From: an uncultured Treponema sp.
Lineage (GTDB): Bacteria; Spirochaetota; Spirochaetia; Treponematales; Treponemataceae
NCBI GenBank assembly: GCA_964346805.1
Contig: CAYFWC010000008.1
Span: 1,261 to 65,260, forward strand
Reading direction: 5' to 3'
Length of the DNA stretch: 64,000 nucleotides
This document shows, piece after piece, positions 17,708 through 28,817 of the stretch. Below the pieces are notes generated by a model. The model did no database searches and was not told the DNA's origin. It was given only the letters and a program-made list of their open reading frames with translations. The translations under genes and the position numbers were made by a program. Each line of letters begins with the position of its first letter. Position 1 is the first letter of the stretch.

Positions 17708-19222
17708 ATGAGAAGTAAGAATATTTTTTTCGGGACTCTGTTCCTGTTGCTGACGGCATTTTCAGTTCATGCCCAGTCATATATAATTTCTTCCGTGGAC
17801 TTTTCCGCGTCGGGGCTCACAAAAAATTCTGCGTTAAGGCGGAATATAAGGATTGAGGAGGGAAAAACTTTTTCCTCAAAAAAAGAACTGGAAGCTTACA
17901 TTGTTGACATAAAGCAAAAGCTGATAAATGCCCGTCTCTTTGAAACTGCAGAAGTAACTTATGAGGAAGGAAGCGGAAGCGACGGTATTCCTGTAAGCAT
18001 AAGCGTCCGTACGGTTGACTCGCGCCATTTTCTGCTCCTGCCCTACCCGAAATACGACTCAAACGAGGGCTTTGAACTAAAAATAAAGATTAAGGACGAC
18101 AATTTCCTTGGTCTCATGAGCCCGCTTTCCGGCGATGTCTCGGCCCTATTTGAGAATAAGCCAAACCAGAGCAGAGATTTTGTCGCCGGCGCGAGCATCA
18201 AATACGATCTTCCGTTTAACATTGGAAGAATTGAGTCCTCGTGGAACAATGATCTGGCCTTTAAGTATGCCTTTGTGCGCGGCGAGCCTGAATGGAATTT
18301 AAGGACGGGGCTCTCATTCCTCCTGCCCTTTAAGCGCGCCGGCGTCCGCCTTGACCTGACACAGGGCTTTGTCCGCAACCTTGACTACACGGACTTTGAC
18401 GACCACCTGTATTTTACGGAAAACGCAAAACTCTCGCTTCCGATTATTCTTGAATCAATTGAGAATTTCGGAGACATTGTCTACACACCGGCTGCGGAAG
18501 TTGTCTGCAACTGGGACGCAAACGGAATCAACAAAACGGACGAAGACCTGCTTTCTCCAAAATTGATTTTCTCGCACAGCCTCAGCGCAGGCCGCGTAAA
18601 CTGGATAGGAAATTTCAGAAAGGGATTTACGGCCTCCATAACGCAGAGCGCCGCCTACCACTTTGAGCTGAAAGAATTTCAGCCCGGTATTGAAGTGAAA
18701 GTCAATGCCTTCTACGCGTGGAAGTACGCGGGCCTGAACGCCAGATACACTCTTTTTGCGGAGCACAATACATTCAGAAGATTCGGTTCCATCGTCCGCG
18801 GACTTCCGGACGACACTTACTTCAGCGACTCCGGAATTTCGCCCAACAATTACCAGGAAAAGGCCGCGGCGGCAATGGTTCTTAACATGGATCTGCCCAT
18901 TCACATATTCTCGACTGACTGGGAAAAATGGGGCTGGAACTGGGCTAAGTCATTAAACTTTGAGGTTCAGCTGACCCCCTTTATTGACATAGCCCTTGCG
19001 AACAACCGCATGACAGGGCGTGTCTTTGATCCGCGCGACGGCTTCTACACGGCCGGACTTGAGGTTCTGGTATTTCCGCAGAAATGGCGGAGTATAGTAG
19101 TCAGAGCCTCAGCCGGATTTGATTTGGGCAGGATTCTGCTTAAAGACTGGATTGACACCAGCTGGAGAGATGAAAAAGCCGGCAAAACTGAAATTACAGT
19201 CGGCATCGGATTATTTTATTAA
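17708..19222 (+). CDS. Omp85/BamA-superfamily-like outer-membrane beta-barrel protein
   Basis: Signal peptide (..TAFSVHAQ), a POTRA-like N-terminal segment, alternating beta-strand pattern, and a C-terminal ...VGIGLFY aromatic terminus. Confidence 0.6.
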   Translation: MRSKNIFFGTLFLLLTAFSVHAQSYIISSVDFSASGLTKNSALRRNIRIEEGKTFSSKKELEAYIVDIKQKLINARLFETAEVTYEEGSGSDGIPVSISVRTVDSRHFLLLPYPKYDSNEGFELKIKIKDDNFLGLMSPLSGDVSALFENKPNQSRDFVAGASIKYDLPFNIGRIESSWNNDLAFKYAFVRGEPEWNLRTGLSFLLPFKRAGVRLDLTQGFVRNLDYTDFDDHLYFTENAKLSLPIILESIENFGDIVYTPAAEVVCNWDANGINKTDEDLLSPKLIFSHSLSAGRVNWIGNFRKGFTASITQSAAYHFELKEFQPGIEVKVNAFYAWKYAGLNARYTLFAEHNTFRRFGSIVRGLPDDTYFSDSGISPNNYQEKAAAAMVLNMDLPIHIFSTDWEKWGWNWAKSLNFEVQLTPFIDIALANNRMTGRVFDPRDGFYTAGLEVLVFPQKWRSIVVRASAGFDLGRILLKDWIDTSWRDEKAGKTEITVGIGLFY

Positions 19223-20311
19223 AAGGGTTTCAAGGGAGGCCTGTTTCCAGTAATTATCGGGACAGGCTTCCGAGAGAATTCCAAGCATTTCATTGCCAAA
19301 ATAGGTCCACCCGTTCTCACGTGAGAACATGGCCATAAAGAAAAAGCCCTTCCACACATTGTTTTTCTGTGTCCATGCCATTATGTCCTCATAACGGGCA
19401 CACTCATAAAAAAAGTCTTTCAGCGTAGTGTATGAGTATTCAGGACTTCTGTCACGGAGAATTCCGTTTATCCAAGTAAAGGCGGATACAACACCGTCCG
19501 CTGTCATATTCCATGCCTCACGGCTCTTCTTTAATTCCGAATAGAGACCGCCCAACTCAAGATAGGCCCGGATTGAATTTACGGCGTCGGCCCTGAAAAG
19601 CGTGAAGAAATAGTCCACGAGGTCTTTTCTTTTTAGCTGAACTGATTTCTGCATGGCGCGCCGCATCGTCTCGTCCTTGAAAAGGCCGTCCTGCGCCACA
19701 ATTAAAAGCAGGGTATCCTCATAGGTCTTTCTGTCGTCCTTTGTTTTTGCCAGGTCAGCCATCTCGTAAAGGATGTCATACTTCTGCGCGGCGACATCAA
19801 GCAGCTCTGCATTCTGCCATGCGTTCTGTAGAAACTGCATGCTCAAGTCGTACTCGCCCTCAAGCCGGTAAATTCTCGCAAGCAGAAAATCGCTTTCCGG
19901 ATACTCCTTGAGCCGCTTTAAGTAGTCATATAATTTTGGAAGTGAATTGTCAAAATAAGAAGCGCCCTTGTGGTCAACCCATGAATTGATTATTTCAAGG
20001 GCATCATAATCCTCGCGCCCTTCAAGGACAGGAATAAGGTCGGAAATAAAGGGACCGTGTTTTTTTACCTCGGGGGCATTGAGCGTATACTCCATAACCC
20101 AGCAGTTCCACTCAAGCTCCTTCTGCCGGGATTTTCTGGCATTCTCGCAAAGGGCGAGCGCATCCCCGTAGTTTCCGGAGTTAAAGGCCTCCTGCGCCTT
20201 GAACAGAATGCGCCAGCTCTGCTCGGAAATTTTCGGCTTAATCGGATGCTGGGCGAAAGTAATTCCGCCTGCAAGGAGACATAATATGACTAAAAAAAAA
20301 CTCTTTTTCAA
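19211..20311 (-). CDS. secreted hypothetical protein with TPR-like helical repeats
   Basis: Signal peptide MKKSFFLVILCLLAGGITFAQ. TTG start at 20311 overlaps the ispG TGA. The 3' end overlaps the convergent OMP gene by 12 nt. Confidence 0.6.
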   Translation of the reverse strand: MKKSFFLVILCLLAGGITFAQHPIKPKISEQSWRILFKAQEAFNSGNYGDALALCENARKSRQKELEWNCWVMEYTLNAPEVKKHGPFISDLIPVLEGREDYDALEIINSWVDHKGASYFDNSLPKLYDYLKRLKEYPESDFLLARIYRLEGEYDLSMQFLQNAWQNAELLDVAAQKYDILYEMADLAKTKDDRKTYEDTLLLIVAQDGLFKDETMRRAMQKSVQLKRKDLVDYFFTLFRADAVNSIRAYLELGGLYSELKKSREAWNMTADGVVSAFTWINGILRDRSPEYSYTTLKDFFYECARYEDIMAWTQKNNVWKGFFFMAMFSRENGWTYFGNEMLGILSEACPDNYWKQASLETLLIK

Positions 20312-21411
20312 AGTAAGTTGAATTCCTCTTCAAAAGCATTATCGGCATCTTTTTCGTCAATTGTTCGTATTATTTTGCCTTTTTTAAAGAGAATCGCATT
20401 TCCGCCGCCGCCGCAAATGCCCAAATCCGCGTGCTTTCCTTCTCCGGGGCCGTTTACGACACAGCCCATGATAGCGATCGTGGCGTTCTTGCCGCTGGAC
20501 AAAAGGCGGGTCTGCCATCTGTCCACAAAAGAATGGACATCAAATCCCTGACGGCCGCATCTGGGACAAGAAACAATTTCAATTCCGCCGGTGCGTTTTC
20601 CGCATTCACGGAGAATCTCGCGGCCGGCAATCACTTCGTTTTTAGGCGCGGAAGAAAGGGATACGCGGATTGTGTTTCCGATACCCTTTGAGAGCAGCCG
20701 GCTGAAGGCCAGCGTGGATTTTACGATGCCGCCGATCAGGGGCCCCGCTTCCGTAACGCCAATATGCAGGGGAATGTCAAAACGCCCCGCGAATGCCTCG
20801 TTGCACTCGACCGTCTCATTGACGGAGGAGGCCTTCATAGAGACTACCACCTGGTCAAATTTAAGTTCCTCAAAGACAGAGCACTCGGCGGCGGCGGCCT
20901 CAGCCAAAGCCTCAGCCCGGCCCAGTGTCCCCGCCTGAACCTTTTCCGCAAGTTCTTTCGGAAGAGAGCCGGAATTTACGCCTATGCGTATGGCGGCTCC
21001 CTTTTCGCGGCATGCGTTTACGACAGCCTCAACACGGTCGCGGCTGCCGATGTTTCCGGGATTGATGCGGATAGCCGCAATGTTTCCATTTAGGCATTCC
21101 AATGCCAGCCTGTAGTCAAAGTGAATGTCGGCTACAAGAGGCATGGCGGTGGCGGCCGCGATTTTACAAAGTCCCTTTGCCGATTCAATGTCAGGAACGG
21201 CAAAGCGGATTATGTCACAACCGAGACCGGCCAGCTCATCAATCTCAGAAATTATACGGTCAAATTTTTGAGGATTCGATTCAAGATCTTCTATCTGAAT
21301 CGGCTCTTTCCACATTGTCTGAATTGACACGGGAGAGTCGCCGCCGATAGAAAGACGGCGTGTTTTTCCAACGCCGCCCAAAAATACTTTACGCGTCAAT
21401 TTAGCAGACAA
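20308..21411 (-). CDS. ispG: 4-hydroxy-3-methylbut-2-en-1-yl diphosphate synthase
   Basis: GcpE motifs: IQTMWKEP, RINPGNIG, CPRCGR and CVVNGPGEG. TTG start (CAA at 21409-21411) overlaps the end of atpK by 11 nt. Confidence 0.85.
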   Translation of the reverse strand: MSAKLTRKVFLGGVGKTRRLSIGGDSPVSIQTMWKEPIQIEDLESNPQKFDRIISEIDELAGLGCDIIRFAVPDIESAKGLCKIAAATAMPLVADIHFDYRLALECLNGNIAAIRINPGNIGSRDRVEAVVNACREKGAAIRIGVNSGSLPKELAEKVQAGTLGRAEALAEAAAAECSVFEELKFDQVVVSMKASSVNETVECNEAFAGRFDIPLHIGVTEAGPLIGGIVKSTLAFSRLLSKGIGNTIRVSLSSAPKNEVIAGREILRECGKRTGGIEIVSCPRCGRQGFDVHSFVDRWQTRLLSSGKNATIAIMGCVVNGPGEGKHADLGICGGGGNAILFKKGKIIRTIDEKDADNAFEEEFNLL

Positions 21412-21838
21412 TCATTCCGAATACCATCGAGAACAAGGCGATGGTTTCGCAGAGACCTACTACCATGATGTAGTTTGTAAAGCCCTTTCCTGTCTCACCG
21501 AGAGCGTCCGAACCGGCGGCACCGGCGCGGCCCTGGGCAACGGCAGAAAAACACATAGACAAACCGCAGGCAAAGCCCAGTCCGAGAAGGAAGCACTGCT
21601 TTGCAATGTCAGCGCCGGCAGCGGCTGTAAGCATTGTCTGCATCAAAAGAAAACCGTAAATAGTCTGAGTCAAGGGTGCACCGGCAAAAACAACCAGAAG
21701 GAATGGTGCCGGCTTGTTGTTCAAGTAGCAGCGCTTCCATGCGCCGATAGCGCCCTGGCCCGCGATTCCGATTCCGATTGCCGAACCAATAGCGGCAATA
21801 CCCATAACTACACCTGCTCCAATCATACCCCAGTTCAT
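21401..21838 (-). CDS. atpK: V-type ATP synthase subunit K (proteolipid)
   Basis: 145-aa glycine-rich hydrophobic protein (GIGIAGQGAIG..., AVAQGRAG). It is the last gene of the V-ATPase gene order. Confidence 0.85.
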   Translation of the reverse strand: MNWGMIGAGVVMGIAAIGSAIGIGIAGQGAIGAWKRCYLNNKPAPFLLVVFAGAPLTQTIYGFLLMQTMLTAAAGADIAKQCFLLGLGFACGLSMCFSAVAQGRAGAAGSDALGETGKGFTNYIMVVGLCETIALFSMVFGMIVC

Positions 21839-21916
21839 AATTTTCTCCTACCGCATATAACGCGGAAATTTCATTCAATAATTTATAAAGGCGGAACACG
21901 CCGCCTCAGATTTTTA

Positions 21917-23854
21917 TCAAACAGCCTGCTCGCTGAACGGTTTGTATTTCGTTCCTGACCAGGCCATTCCCAAGTGCTGTGAGAATTCCAGTGTATTAAG
22001 ACGAACACCGTGAACGATTACCGAAAGCAAGTTCAGCATCATGTTGAGTCCGTGGCCGAATACAAGAAGAATTACAGCAAATGCCACCATTGCGAGCTTT
22101 CCGAACATAGGTCCCGCCATCTCGTTCACCGTTCCGCTGATTGCGGCTCCGGCAAGGGCAACAGCCCACAAACGGATGTAAGAGACAATGTCCGAGAATA
22201 CATTTACGATTCCGAGGAAAACGCTGATTATGTTTTTCAGGCTTTCCAGAATTGATTTTCCGACAGAACCGTCATAGTTTGAGAATATGAAATTCAGCAT
22301 AAAGCCGAATGCCAGAAGCCCAAGGCATACTGTCGGGAAATAATGCGGAACCATAAGGCCGAACAGATTCACAGACTGTCCGTTGTCCGTAAGAAGGAAT
22401 GTGTAATTAATTCCGTCAGAGACAACCATTGCAAGGACAACATAGAAAGTTCCCCACAACTGGAGAAGGCTTCCCAAATCGCCCAGACATTTCAGACTCT
22501 TTCTGTGAGCCGCAAGGCATGTAATGTGCGCCACGCTAAGCTGAATGAGTGCGAGGACAAAGCAGAAGACCTGCTGATTTTTGTCGGCAAGGCTCTTTGC
22601 GGCCTCCGCACTCATACCCGACGCGACGAGTTTCGCCTGCGAGAATACGGCGCTTGAAATACCAACGAGTACGGGCGGAAGTTTTTCCGCCGGGATTCCG
22701 AACCATGAGCAGGTAAGGAGACCCCAGATCCCTGTACAAAAGCCCAGGAGTGTTACCAGCACAGGCAGAGACTTCTTTCCGGGTTTTGACTTTGCCATAA
22801 GCCCCAGTCCGAGAACTGCTATCAGCGCCCCGTAACCTGCGTCTGCAAAAATCATTGCGAAGAATATGCAGAAGAAGAGAAGGAACCATGCTGAAATATC
22901 AAACTCGTGGTAGCCGGGCGTTACGTCCAAAAAGTCCGTGAGGGGATAAATCAGGCTTACAAGCTTATTATTCTTAAGTTTTGTAGGCACGGGGTCATCC
23001 TCGGCCGGCTCCTGCAAAAGCAGGGCCCAGTGGTTTTCGGCGGCAGCCTTTTTCAAAGCCTCCACTGAATCCACCGGAACATAACCCGTGAGCCATGAAA
23101 GAGAATCCGCAGCCTCCTCGGCCTCGGTCTCCATTCCTGAATACACGTTCTCAAACTCTATGTCAATGCCCAGCGACTTTTCGTAAGCCTCGATTGCCTT
23201 AACATAGACGGCAAGAGATGCGATTTCCTTTTCTATTGCGGAAATCTCAGTCCTTGCGGAAGCTATGTTTGCCGCAATCGCATCGCTAGACTCCTCCGGG
23301 AGCACCACTTCATACGCCTCGAGCGGAAGTCCTGCCGGACGCTCCGCGGAAGCGTCTTCTGTAAGGAGCAGAAAGCGTTTCCCGCTCTTTGAGGAATTTA
23401 CAAGCAGTGTCTTTACATCATCGCCAATCAGACGGTACTTGTCCGCCGGAATCTCGTAGGGGGTGAGGAAAATACCATTGGCCGCCAGATAGGCAAAGTC
23501 GGCAGGATTTACAGATCCCCACAGGGCCAAGCGTTCTATCTCAGTCGCCCATGAGGCGATTTTTTCGAGCAGAGACTTTTTGCGGTCCGTAAGCTCAAGG
23601 ACTCGTTCGGCCTTTTTGAGAACCTCTTCGTTGCCGGCTGTCGGAAGCACCGCATTCTTTGGAAGTTTTATTTCTCCCAGATAAGAGGCGGCGGTCATCA
23701 GTTTGGAGGAAAGACTTTTTAGGTCGGCGAGTTTATCACCCTTTCCCTCGATTTTCTCCAGATGAACCAGACCTGCCTTGCGGAGCGTCTGCAGCGCCTT
23801 TTCCTTTTCTCCGGTTAAAATTACAAGAGAAACTTTCTTCATAGGAACTATCAT
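21917..23854 (-). CDS. atpI: V-type ATP synthase subunit I
   Basis: 645 aa. Soluble coiled N-terminal half plus a polytopic C-terminal half containing SYIRLWAVALAG (the conserved Arg helix). Confidence 0.85.
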   Translation of the reverse strand: MIVPMKKVSLVILTGEKEKALQTLRKAGLVHLEKIEGKGDKLADLKSLSSKLMTAASYLGEIKLPKNAVLPTAGNEEVLKKAERVLELTDRKKSLLEKIASWATEIERLALWGSVNPADFAYLAANGIFLTPYEIPADKYRLIGDDVKTLLVNSSKSGKRFLLLTEDASAERPAGLPLEAYEVVLPEESSDAIAANIASARTEISAIEKEIASLAVYVKAIEAYEKSLGIDIEFENVYSGMETEAEEAADSLSWLTGYVPVDSVEALKKAAAENHWALLLQEPAEDDPVPTKLKNNKLVSLIYPLTDFLDVTPGYHEFDISAWFLLFFCIFFAMIFADAGYGALIAVLGLGLMAKSKPGKKSLPVLVTLLGFCTGIWGLLTCSWFGIPAEKLPPVLVGISSAVFSQAKLVASGMSAEAAKSLADKNQQVFCFVLALIQLSVAHITCLAAHRKSLKCLGDLGSLLQLWGTFYVVLAMVVSDGINYTFLLTDNGQSVNLFGLMVPHYFPTVCLGLLAFGFMLNFIFSNYDGSVGKSILESLKNIISVFLGIVNVFSDIVSYIRLWAVALAGAAISGTVNEMAGPMFGKLAMVAFAVILLVFGHGLNMMLNLLSVIVHGVRLNTLEFSQHLGMAWSGTKYKPFSEQAV

Positions 23855-24465
23855 GCGGAAGCCTCCTCTTGCTTTTGCTGGAGTTTTTTCTTAGATATCT
23901 TTGAGCGGACAACAGCTGCAACCTGTTCGTCACCCAAATAAACCGAAATTTTTTTTATGTTGGCCTTAGTCTCAGGAATCTTTACCTTTTCAAAAAGGTT
24001 TACGCGCTGAGTCGTAACACGGAGTTCCTGAGCCAAAAGGCGAACCTGTTCTTCAAGCGTATCAGCCTCTAGGTCCAAAGAAAGAGCCTTTTCCATGCGG
24101 TCGGCGGCCATATCAATCCACAGAGGAGTTGAATAAAGGTCGTAGTCTCCGCGGGAAAAATCCGCTCCCTCGTAAATGGGAATGGTCACACCAGCGATGT
24201 TACCGGTTCCCTTGCGGATATTTTTGACAGTAACCATGCCGCTCGTAAAAGTCTCCCGCTCGCCGAATACGGAAATCCATTCCTCAAATTCTTTTTCGAG
24301 TCGTTTCCGCTGTTCGCGAACTTCCTTGGCGCGTGCGTCAATGGTTCTAATTTCTGTCTGAAGCTGCTGCTTTTTAAGTGTCAAAGTCGGGAGATAGCGC
24401 CTGAACATTTTCAGTGCGTCCTTCTGAACCTTGAGCTCATTTTTTGTCAGCTTAATCTTCGCCAT
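23851..24465 (-). CDS. atpD: V-type ATP synthase subunit D
   Basis: 204-aa coiled-coil protein starting MAKIKLTKNELKVQKDALKMFRRYLPTL, typical of V/A-type subunit D. Confidence 0.85.
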   Translation of the reverse strand: MAKIKLTKNELKVQKDALKMFRRYLPTLTLKKQQLQTEIRTIDARAKEVREQRKRLEKEFEEWISVFGERETFTSGMVTVKNIRKGTGNIAGVTIPIYEGADFSRGDYDLYSTPLWIDMAADRMEKALSLDLEADTLEEQVRLLAQELRVTTQRVNLFEKVKIPETKANIKKISVYLGDEQVAAVVRSKISKKKLQQKQEEASA

Positions 24466-24479
24466 AGTTATCCTTTTAC

Positions 24480-25775
24480 TCAGTCTTTAGGCCAGTGCTC
24501 TTCAATCAATTCAGTCTTGATTCCAACCTCATCCTTGTCAAAGCAGGCTTTGAGAATCTTCCAGCCCAGGTCAAGGGCGTCCTCGAGAGCGATATTCTTA
24601 GAGAGATCCATCATCTCGTTCTCGAACATCGCGCCGTATTTGAGAAGCTTTTCGTCCCAGACGCTCATCATAAAGCCCATGCTCTTCTTTTCCAGAGTGT
24701 CCTTGTAAGAGGCGTAAAGGCGAATCATACCGTCCATAAGCGCGCGGTGGTCGTTTCTTGTCTTGCCGTTTACATTCTGCTTTAGGCGGGACAAAGAGCC
24801 GAACGGCTCGATGCGTCCGTTCTTAAGGTAATACTGTCCCTCGGTAATGTAACCTGTGTTGTCCGGAACCGGGTGCGTAACATCGTCGCCGGGCATTGTG
24901 GTTACGGCGAGAATTGTAACTGAACCGGCGTCGGCAAAGTCTACGGCCTTTTCGTAGCGGCTGGCCAGCTGGGAGTACAAGTCTCCGGGGTATCCGCGGT
25001 TAGACGGAACCTGTTCCTGAGTAATGGCAATTTCCTTCATCGAGTCGGCAAAGTTTGTCATATCCGTCAAAAGCACAAGAACATCTTTTCCCTGAAGGGC
25101 GAACTGTTCGGCCACAGCCAGAGAAAGGTCAGGAATCTTCTTACATTCTACAGTCGGGTCAGCGGCTGTATGAATGAACATTACGGTGCGGCTCAAAGCC
25201 CCGCCGTTTTCCAGCGTGTTCTTAAAGTAGAGATAGTCGTCGTATTTAAGACCCATACCGCCCAACACAATAACATCAACCTCAGCCTGCATGGCGATGC
25301 GGGCAAGCAGCTGGTTGTAGGGCTCGCCGGAAATTGAGAAAATCGGAAGTTTCTGAGAAACTACCAGAGTATTGAACATATCAATCATCGGAATACCGGT
25401 GCGAATCATGCGGCGCGCCATAATACGCTTGGCAGGGTTTACAGAAGGGCCTCCGATTGTTACCAGATTTTCAGCAAGGGAGGGTCCCTTGTCACGCGGC
25501 TCGGCAGAACCGTTGAAAATTCGTCCCAAAAGATTCTCACTGAAAGAAACTTCCATGCGGTGGCCGAGAAACTTAATGTGGTCTCCGGTTGAGACACCGC
25601 GTCCTCCGGCAAAAACCTGGAGGGAAACATTTTCTCCCTGAATGGAAGAGACTTCCGCGAGCGACTTTCCAAAGCGGGTCTCAATTTCGGCAAGTTCTCC
25701 GTATGCGACATCAGTCGCCTTTACGGTGATAACGCTTCCGTTGATTGACTCGATTTTAGAGTATATTTTGTTCAT
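24480..25775 (-). CDS. atpB: V-type ATP synthase subunit B
   Basis: 431-aa non-catalytic nucleotide-binding subunit ([18 protein letters not shown]). Confidence 0.9.
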   Translation of the reverse strand: MNKIYSKIESINGSVITVKATDVAYGELAEIETRFGKSLAEVSSIQGENVSLQVFAGGRGVSTGDHIKFLGHRMEVSFSENLLGRIFNGSAEPRDKGPSLAENLVTIGGPSVNPAKRIMARRMIRTGIPMIDMFNTLVVSQKLPIFSISGEPYNQLLARIAMQAEVDVIVLGGMGLKYDDYLYFKNTLENGGALSRTVMFIHTAADPTVECKKIPDLSLAVAEQFALQGKDVLVLLTDMTNFADSMKEIAITQEQVPSNRGYPGDLYSQLASRYEKAVDFADAGSVTILAVTTMPGDDVTHPVPDNTGYITEGQYYLKNGRIEPFGSLSRLKQNVNGKTRNDHRALMDGMIRLYASYKDTLEKKSMGFMMSVWDEKLLKYGAMFENEMMDLSKNIALEDALDLGWKILKACFDKDEVGIKTELIEEHWPKD

Positions 25776-27544
25776 TATTCACCGTCCTTCAGAAGAGCCT
25801 GCCCTTCTTTTGTAAGCGAGCCTTTCTTCTGTGAATAAATTGAATCAATTTCTTTTTCCAAAGAATTGAATTTTTCCGACTTGAACTCAATGTAGTTCCA
25901 GTCACCGAATGCGCGGCGCAGCTGGTTGAAGAATGTGCGGGCGTCATCCTTGTCCGCAAGCTCAAAGTTACTTGCCATAACGGTAAGAACTTTTTTGAAA
26001 GTATAATTCTGGCGTTCAACGGGACATGCCGCGTCAACCTCGTCGAATGAGTTCTGCTGGAAGTAAACGGCGTCAAGGAATTCACTCTTAAGATAGGCTA
26101 CAAAGTCCTCCAGAGTTGTTCCCTCCTCACCTACTACCTTCATCATCTGGTTAACCTCGACACCGCGCTTAAACTCACGGCGTGCAAAGTCTACCCAGTC
26201 TCTGCGGATAACGGCCCTGTATTTTGACCATGACGAAATGGGGTCGATGGCGGGATACTTGCGTGCATCAGAGCGCTCGCGGGTAAGTCCGTGGAAGGCT
26301 CCTACAACCTTAAGTGTCGCCTGTGTAACAGGTTCCTCAAAGTTACCGCCGGCAGGAGAAACCGTACCGCCGATTGTGACAGAACCCTTTGAGCCATCGC
26401 GGAGTTTTACCATACCGGCGCGCTCGTAGAAGGCTGCGATATAAGACTCAAGATATGCAGGGAATGCTTCTTCTCCAGGAATCTCTTCCAGACGCCCTGA
26501 CATTTCGCGCAAGGCCTGCGCCCAGCGTGATGTCGAGTCAGCGAGAAGAAGAACATTAAGGCCCATCTGGCGGTAGTACTCGGCGATTGTTACCGAAGTA
26601 TAAACCGAGGCTTCACGGGAGGCGACCGGCATTGACGAGGTGTTACAGATGATGACAGTACGCTTCATCAGTGACTCGCCGGTGCGGGGGTCTTTAAGCT
26701 CAGGGAATTCCTTGATTGTCTCTACAACTTCTCCGGCGCGCTCACCGCAGGCCGCGATGATTACGATGTCGACATCAGCGTTGCGGGATGTTGTGTGCTG
26801 GATAACAGTCTTTCCGGCTCCGAAAGGCCCCGGAATACAATAGGTTCCGCCCTTTGCGACCGGGAAGAAGGTATCTATGAGGCGTGTCTTTGTTACCATG
26901 GTTTCTGTAGGCTCAAGGCGTTCCGCATAGCAGTCAACGGCGCGCTTTACAGGCCAGAAGAAAGACATTGAGAGGTTCTTTTCATTTCCCTTTTCGTCAG
27001 TTACAACGCAGAGAGTGTCGTCAAGCCTGTAGTTTCCGGCGGGCTTGATTTCCTTAACCTTATAAGTTCCGTACATATCAAACGGAACAAGAATTTTATG
27101 GGTAAACGGGTCTTCCGGAACAGAGCCGAAACTGTCACCGCGGTAAAGGGTGTCGCCGGTCTTTGCCGTCGGAGTGAATGCCCATTCCTGTGATAGCGGA
27201 AGGGGATCTACATAAACACCGCGCTCAAGGAAGTAACCAGCCTTTTCCGCAAGCTCCGGAAGGGGGTTCTGCAGACCGTCATAAACCTGTCCCAGCAGTC
27301 CCGGACCAAGACGAACCGCAAGCATTTCTCCTGTAAATTCAACAGGACTTCCCGCCTTGATTCCTTCCGTCATTTCATAAATCTGCATCTGGGCAGTGTT
27401 TCCGCGGATACGGATGATTTCGCCCTTGAGACTTTTGCCTTCAACTTTAACGTAGCCGACTTCGTTCATGGTAACAGTTCCGTCAAACTCGACTGAAACC
27501 ATGTTTCCGTTAATGCCGACTACTTTTCCTTTAGTATCAGTCAT
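25775..27544 (-). CDS. atpA: V-type ATP synthase catalytic subunit A
   Basis: 589 aa. Walker [10 protein letters not shown], then [22 protein letters not shown]. Confidence 0.9.
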   Translation of the reverse strand: MTDTKGKVVGINGNMVSVEFDGTVTMNEVGYVKVEGKSLKGEIIRIRGNTAQMQIYEMTEGIKAGSPVEFTGEMLAVRLGPGLLGQVYDGLQNPLPELAEKAGYFLERGVYVDPLPLSQEWAFTPTAKTGDTLYRGDSFGSVPEDPFTHKILVPFDMYGTYKVKEIKPAGNYRLDDTLCVVTDEKGNEKNLSMSFFWPVKRAVDCYAERLEPTETMVTKTRLIDTFFPVAKGGTYCIPGPFGAGKTVIQHTTSRNADVDIVIIAACGERAGEVVETIKEFPELKDPRTGESLMKRTVIICNTSSMPVASREASVYTSVTIAEYYRQMGLNVLLLADSTSRWAQALREMSGRLEEIPGEEAFPAYLESYIAAFYERAGMVKLRDGSKGSVTIGGTVSPAGGNFEEPVTQATLKVVGAFHGLTRERSDARKYPAIDPISSWSKYRAVIRRDWVDFARREFKRGVEVNQMMKVVGEEGTTLEDFVAYLKSEFLDAVYFQQNSFDEVDAACPVERQNYTFKKVLTVMASNFELADKDDARTFFNQLRRAFGDWNYIEFKSEKFNSLEKEIDSIYSQKKGSLTKEGQALLKDGE

Positions 27545-28082
27545 GCGACTCTCCTAAAATTTCATCGTAAATTTTATGGTAGGAAGCCTTGCCTGTCTCA
27601 ACATCAAATTTCTTCATGCGCTCGGCAAGAAGAAGCTTTAAGCCGTAGGCAATAACCGCGTCAACGCTGAATATATCCAGCGGAGAGATGGTTTTTAGAG
27701 TTTCCATCCTGTATTCATTGAGATATTCTTCTGCAGCCAGAGGGCTGTCCATTCCGACCGCGGTTTTCGCCGCCTGAATAATATCGGCTGTGCAGGAACC
27801 GGGAAGAATGTCCGAGTCCTTTTTAAGACGAAGAGCGCGCACCTGCGCCAGCGCAAGGCGTAGACAACGCTCACAGTCATTCCACTTGTCAAGGAAGTCC
27901 GAACCGGTGCGCGTTTCCTTTTTAGGCGGCTCGATTGAAAGATTTTCAACAATCTTACGGCTCTTTTCATCAAGGAAGCGGCTGCATAAATCTCTGTAGT
28001 ATTTTTCGGTAATCGGCAGCGTCTTCGCATCGGTGTTTTCGATGGCGGGAAGCTGCGACACCAAATAATATTGCTTCGCCAT
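27537..28082 (-). CDS. V-ATPase operon protein of unknown function (occupies the DUF2764-like position between E and A)
   Basis: 181-aa helical protein in the same slot as the uncharacterised gene between atpE and atpA in treponemal V-ATPase operons. The family name is from memory and was not searched. Confidence 0.6.
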   Translation of the reverse strand: MAKQYYLVSQLPAIENTDAKTLPITEKYYRDLCSRFLDEKSRKIVENLSIEPPKKETRTGSDFLDKWNDCERCLRLALAQVRALRLKKDSDILPGSCTADIIQAAKTAVGMDSPLAAEEYLNEYRMETLKTISPLDIFSVDAVIAYGLKLLLAERMKKFDVETGKASYHKIYDEILGESHD

Positions 28083-28699
28083 TACGCCTCTTTAGCCGCG
28101 GCATCCATTATTGCGGCGATTTTTGGATTCAGGTAGGCAGAGAACAACTCGGCAACGCTTTCCGCCGAATAATCGTAGTATGCGCTTCCGTCCTTCATGC
28201 CGATTCTAAAGCCGTTCTGAAGTGTCTTGTCGGGCTTAATCTCAAGGCCTTTTGCAATCTGATCCTTGAGGGCGCCCTTTAAGCCGCCTTCGAGCGCGGC
28301 CAAGTCATTTTCCGAAAGTAGAACTGCAAGTTCACCCGCATCCGATTTGGAAGCCCAGGCTTTTACGGTCTCGGGTATAAGTTTTTCAAGCAATTCTTTT
28401 GAATAGGCTTTTGCCGTTTCATCCTGAACAACAGCCTTTAATTCGGCGTTTATTCCGTCCCGGAAAGAAATAAGGAGGTTGCGGGAAGCCTGTTTTACGG
28501 CATCTTCAGCCGCTTTCTGAAGGCGTTCTGTCTCCGCCTTAGCCTCTTTCTCGATTGACGAGGCCTGTTCTTTAGCATCACTTATAATAGAAGCGGCTTT
28601 TTTTTCCGCCTCAGCGATGATTTTTGCGGCTGATTCTTCAGCCGAAGCCACGCCGTCCTTTTTGATCTTGTCGATCAATTCTTGTAATTGAACGTCCAT
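28082..28699 (-). CDS. atpE: V-type ATP synthase subunit E
   Basis: 205 aa. Long Ala/Glu/Lys-rich N-terminal helix plus a globular C-terminus. First gene of the operon. SD AGGAG lies before the ATG. Confidence 0.8.
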   Translation of the reverse strand: MDVQLQELIDKIKKDGVASAEESAAKIIAEAEKKAASIISDAKEQASSIEKEAKAETERLQKAAEDAVKQASRNLLISFRDGINAELKAVVQDETAKAYSKELLEKLIPETVKAWASKSDAGELAVLLSENDLAALEGGLKGALKDQIAKGLEIKPDKTLQNGFRIGMKDGSAYYDYSAESVAELFSAYLNPKIAAIMDAAAKEA

Positions 28700-28770
28700 T
28701 CAAGCTCCTGTAAGGTATCTGCGTCTCCGCGTAAACCAGAAAAAATTAAATACAATTATGATAATATATC

Positions 28771-28799
28771 ATTTTAACACGGAAGAGAAGATTTTGCAA
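28771..28799 (-). promoter_or_regulatory. sigma70-type promoter candidate for the V-ATPase operon
   Basis: Minus strand: TTGCAA (28799-28794), 17-nt spacer, TGtTAAAAT (-10 at 28776-28771). Lies about 70 nt upstream of the atpE ATG. Confidence 0.45.
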
Positions 28800-28817
28800 G
28801 TTTTTTTTCCTGATAAA

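Noticed and set aside
21889-21906. Short GC hairpin (AGGCGG-N6-CCGCCT) followed on the minus strand by a U/A-rich stretch, between atpI and atpK; considered as an intra-operon terminator.
   Set aside because: The stem is only 6 bp and the downstream tract is interrupted by A residues. Terminating before the high-stoichiometry K subunit makes little functional sense. Kept as a note only.
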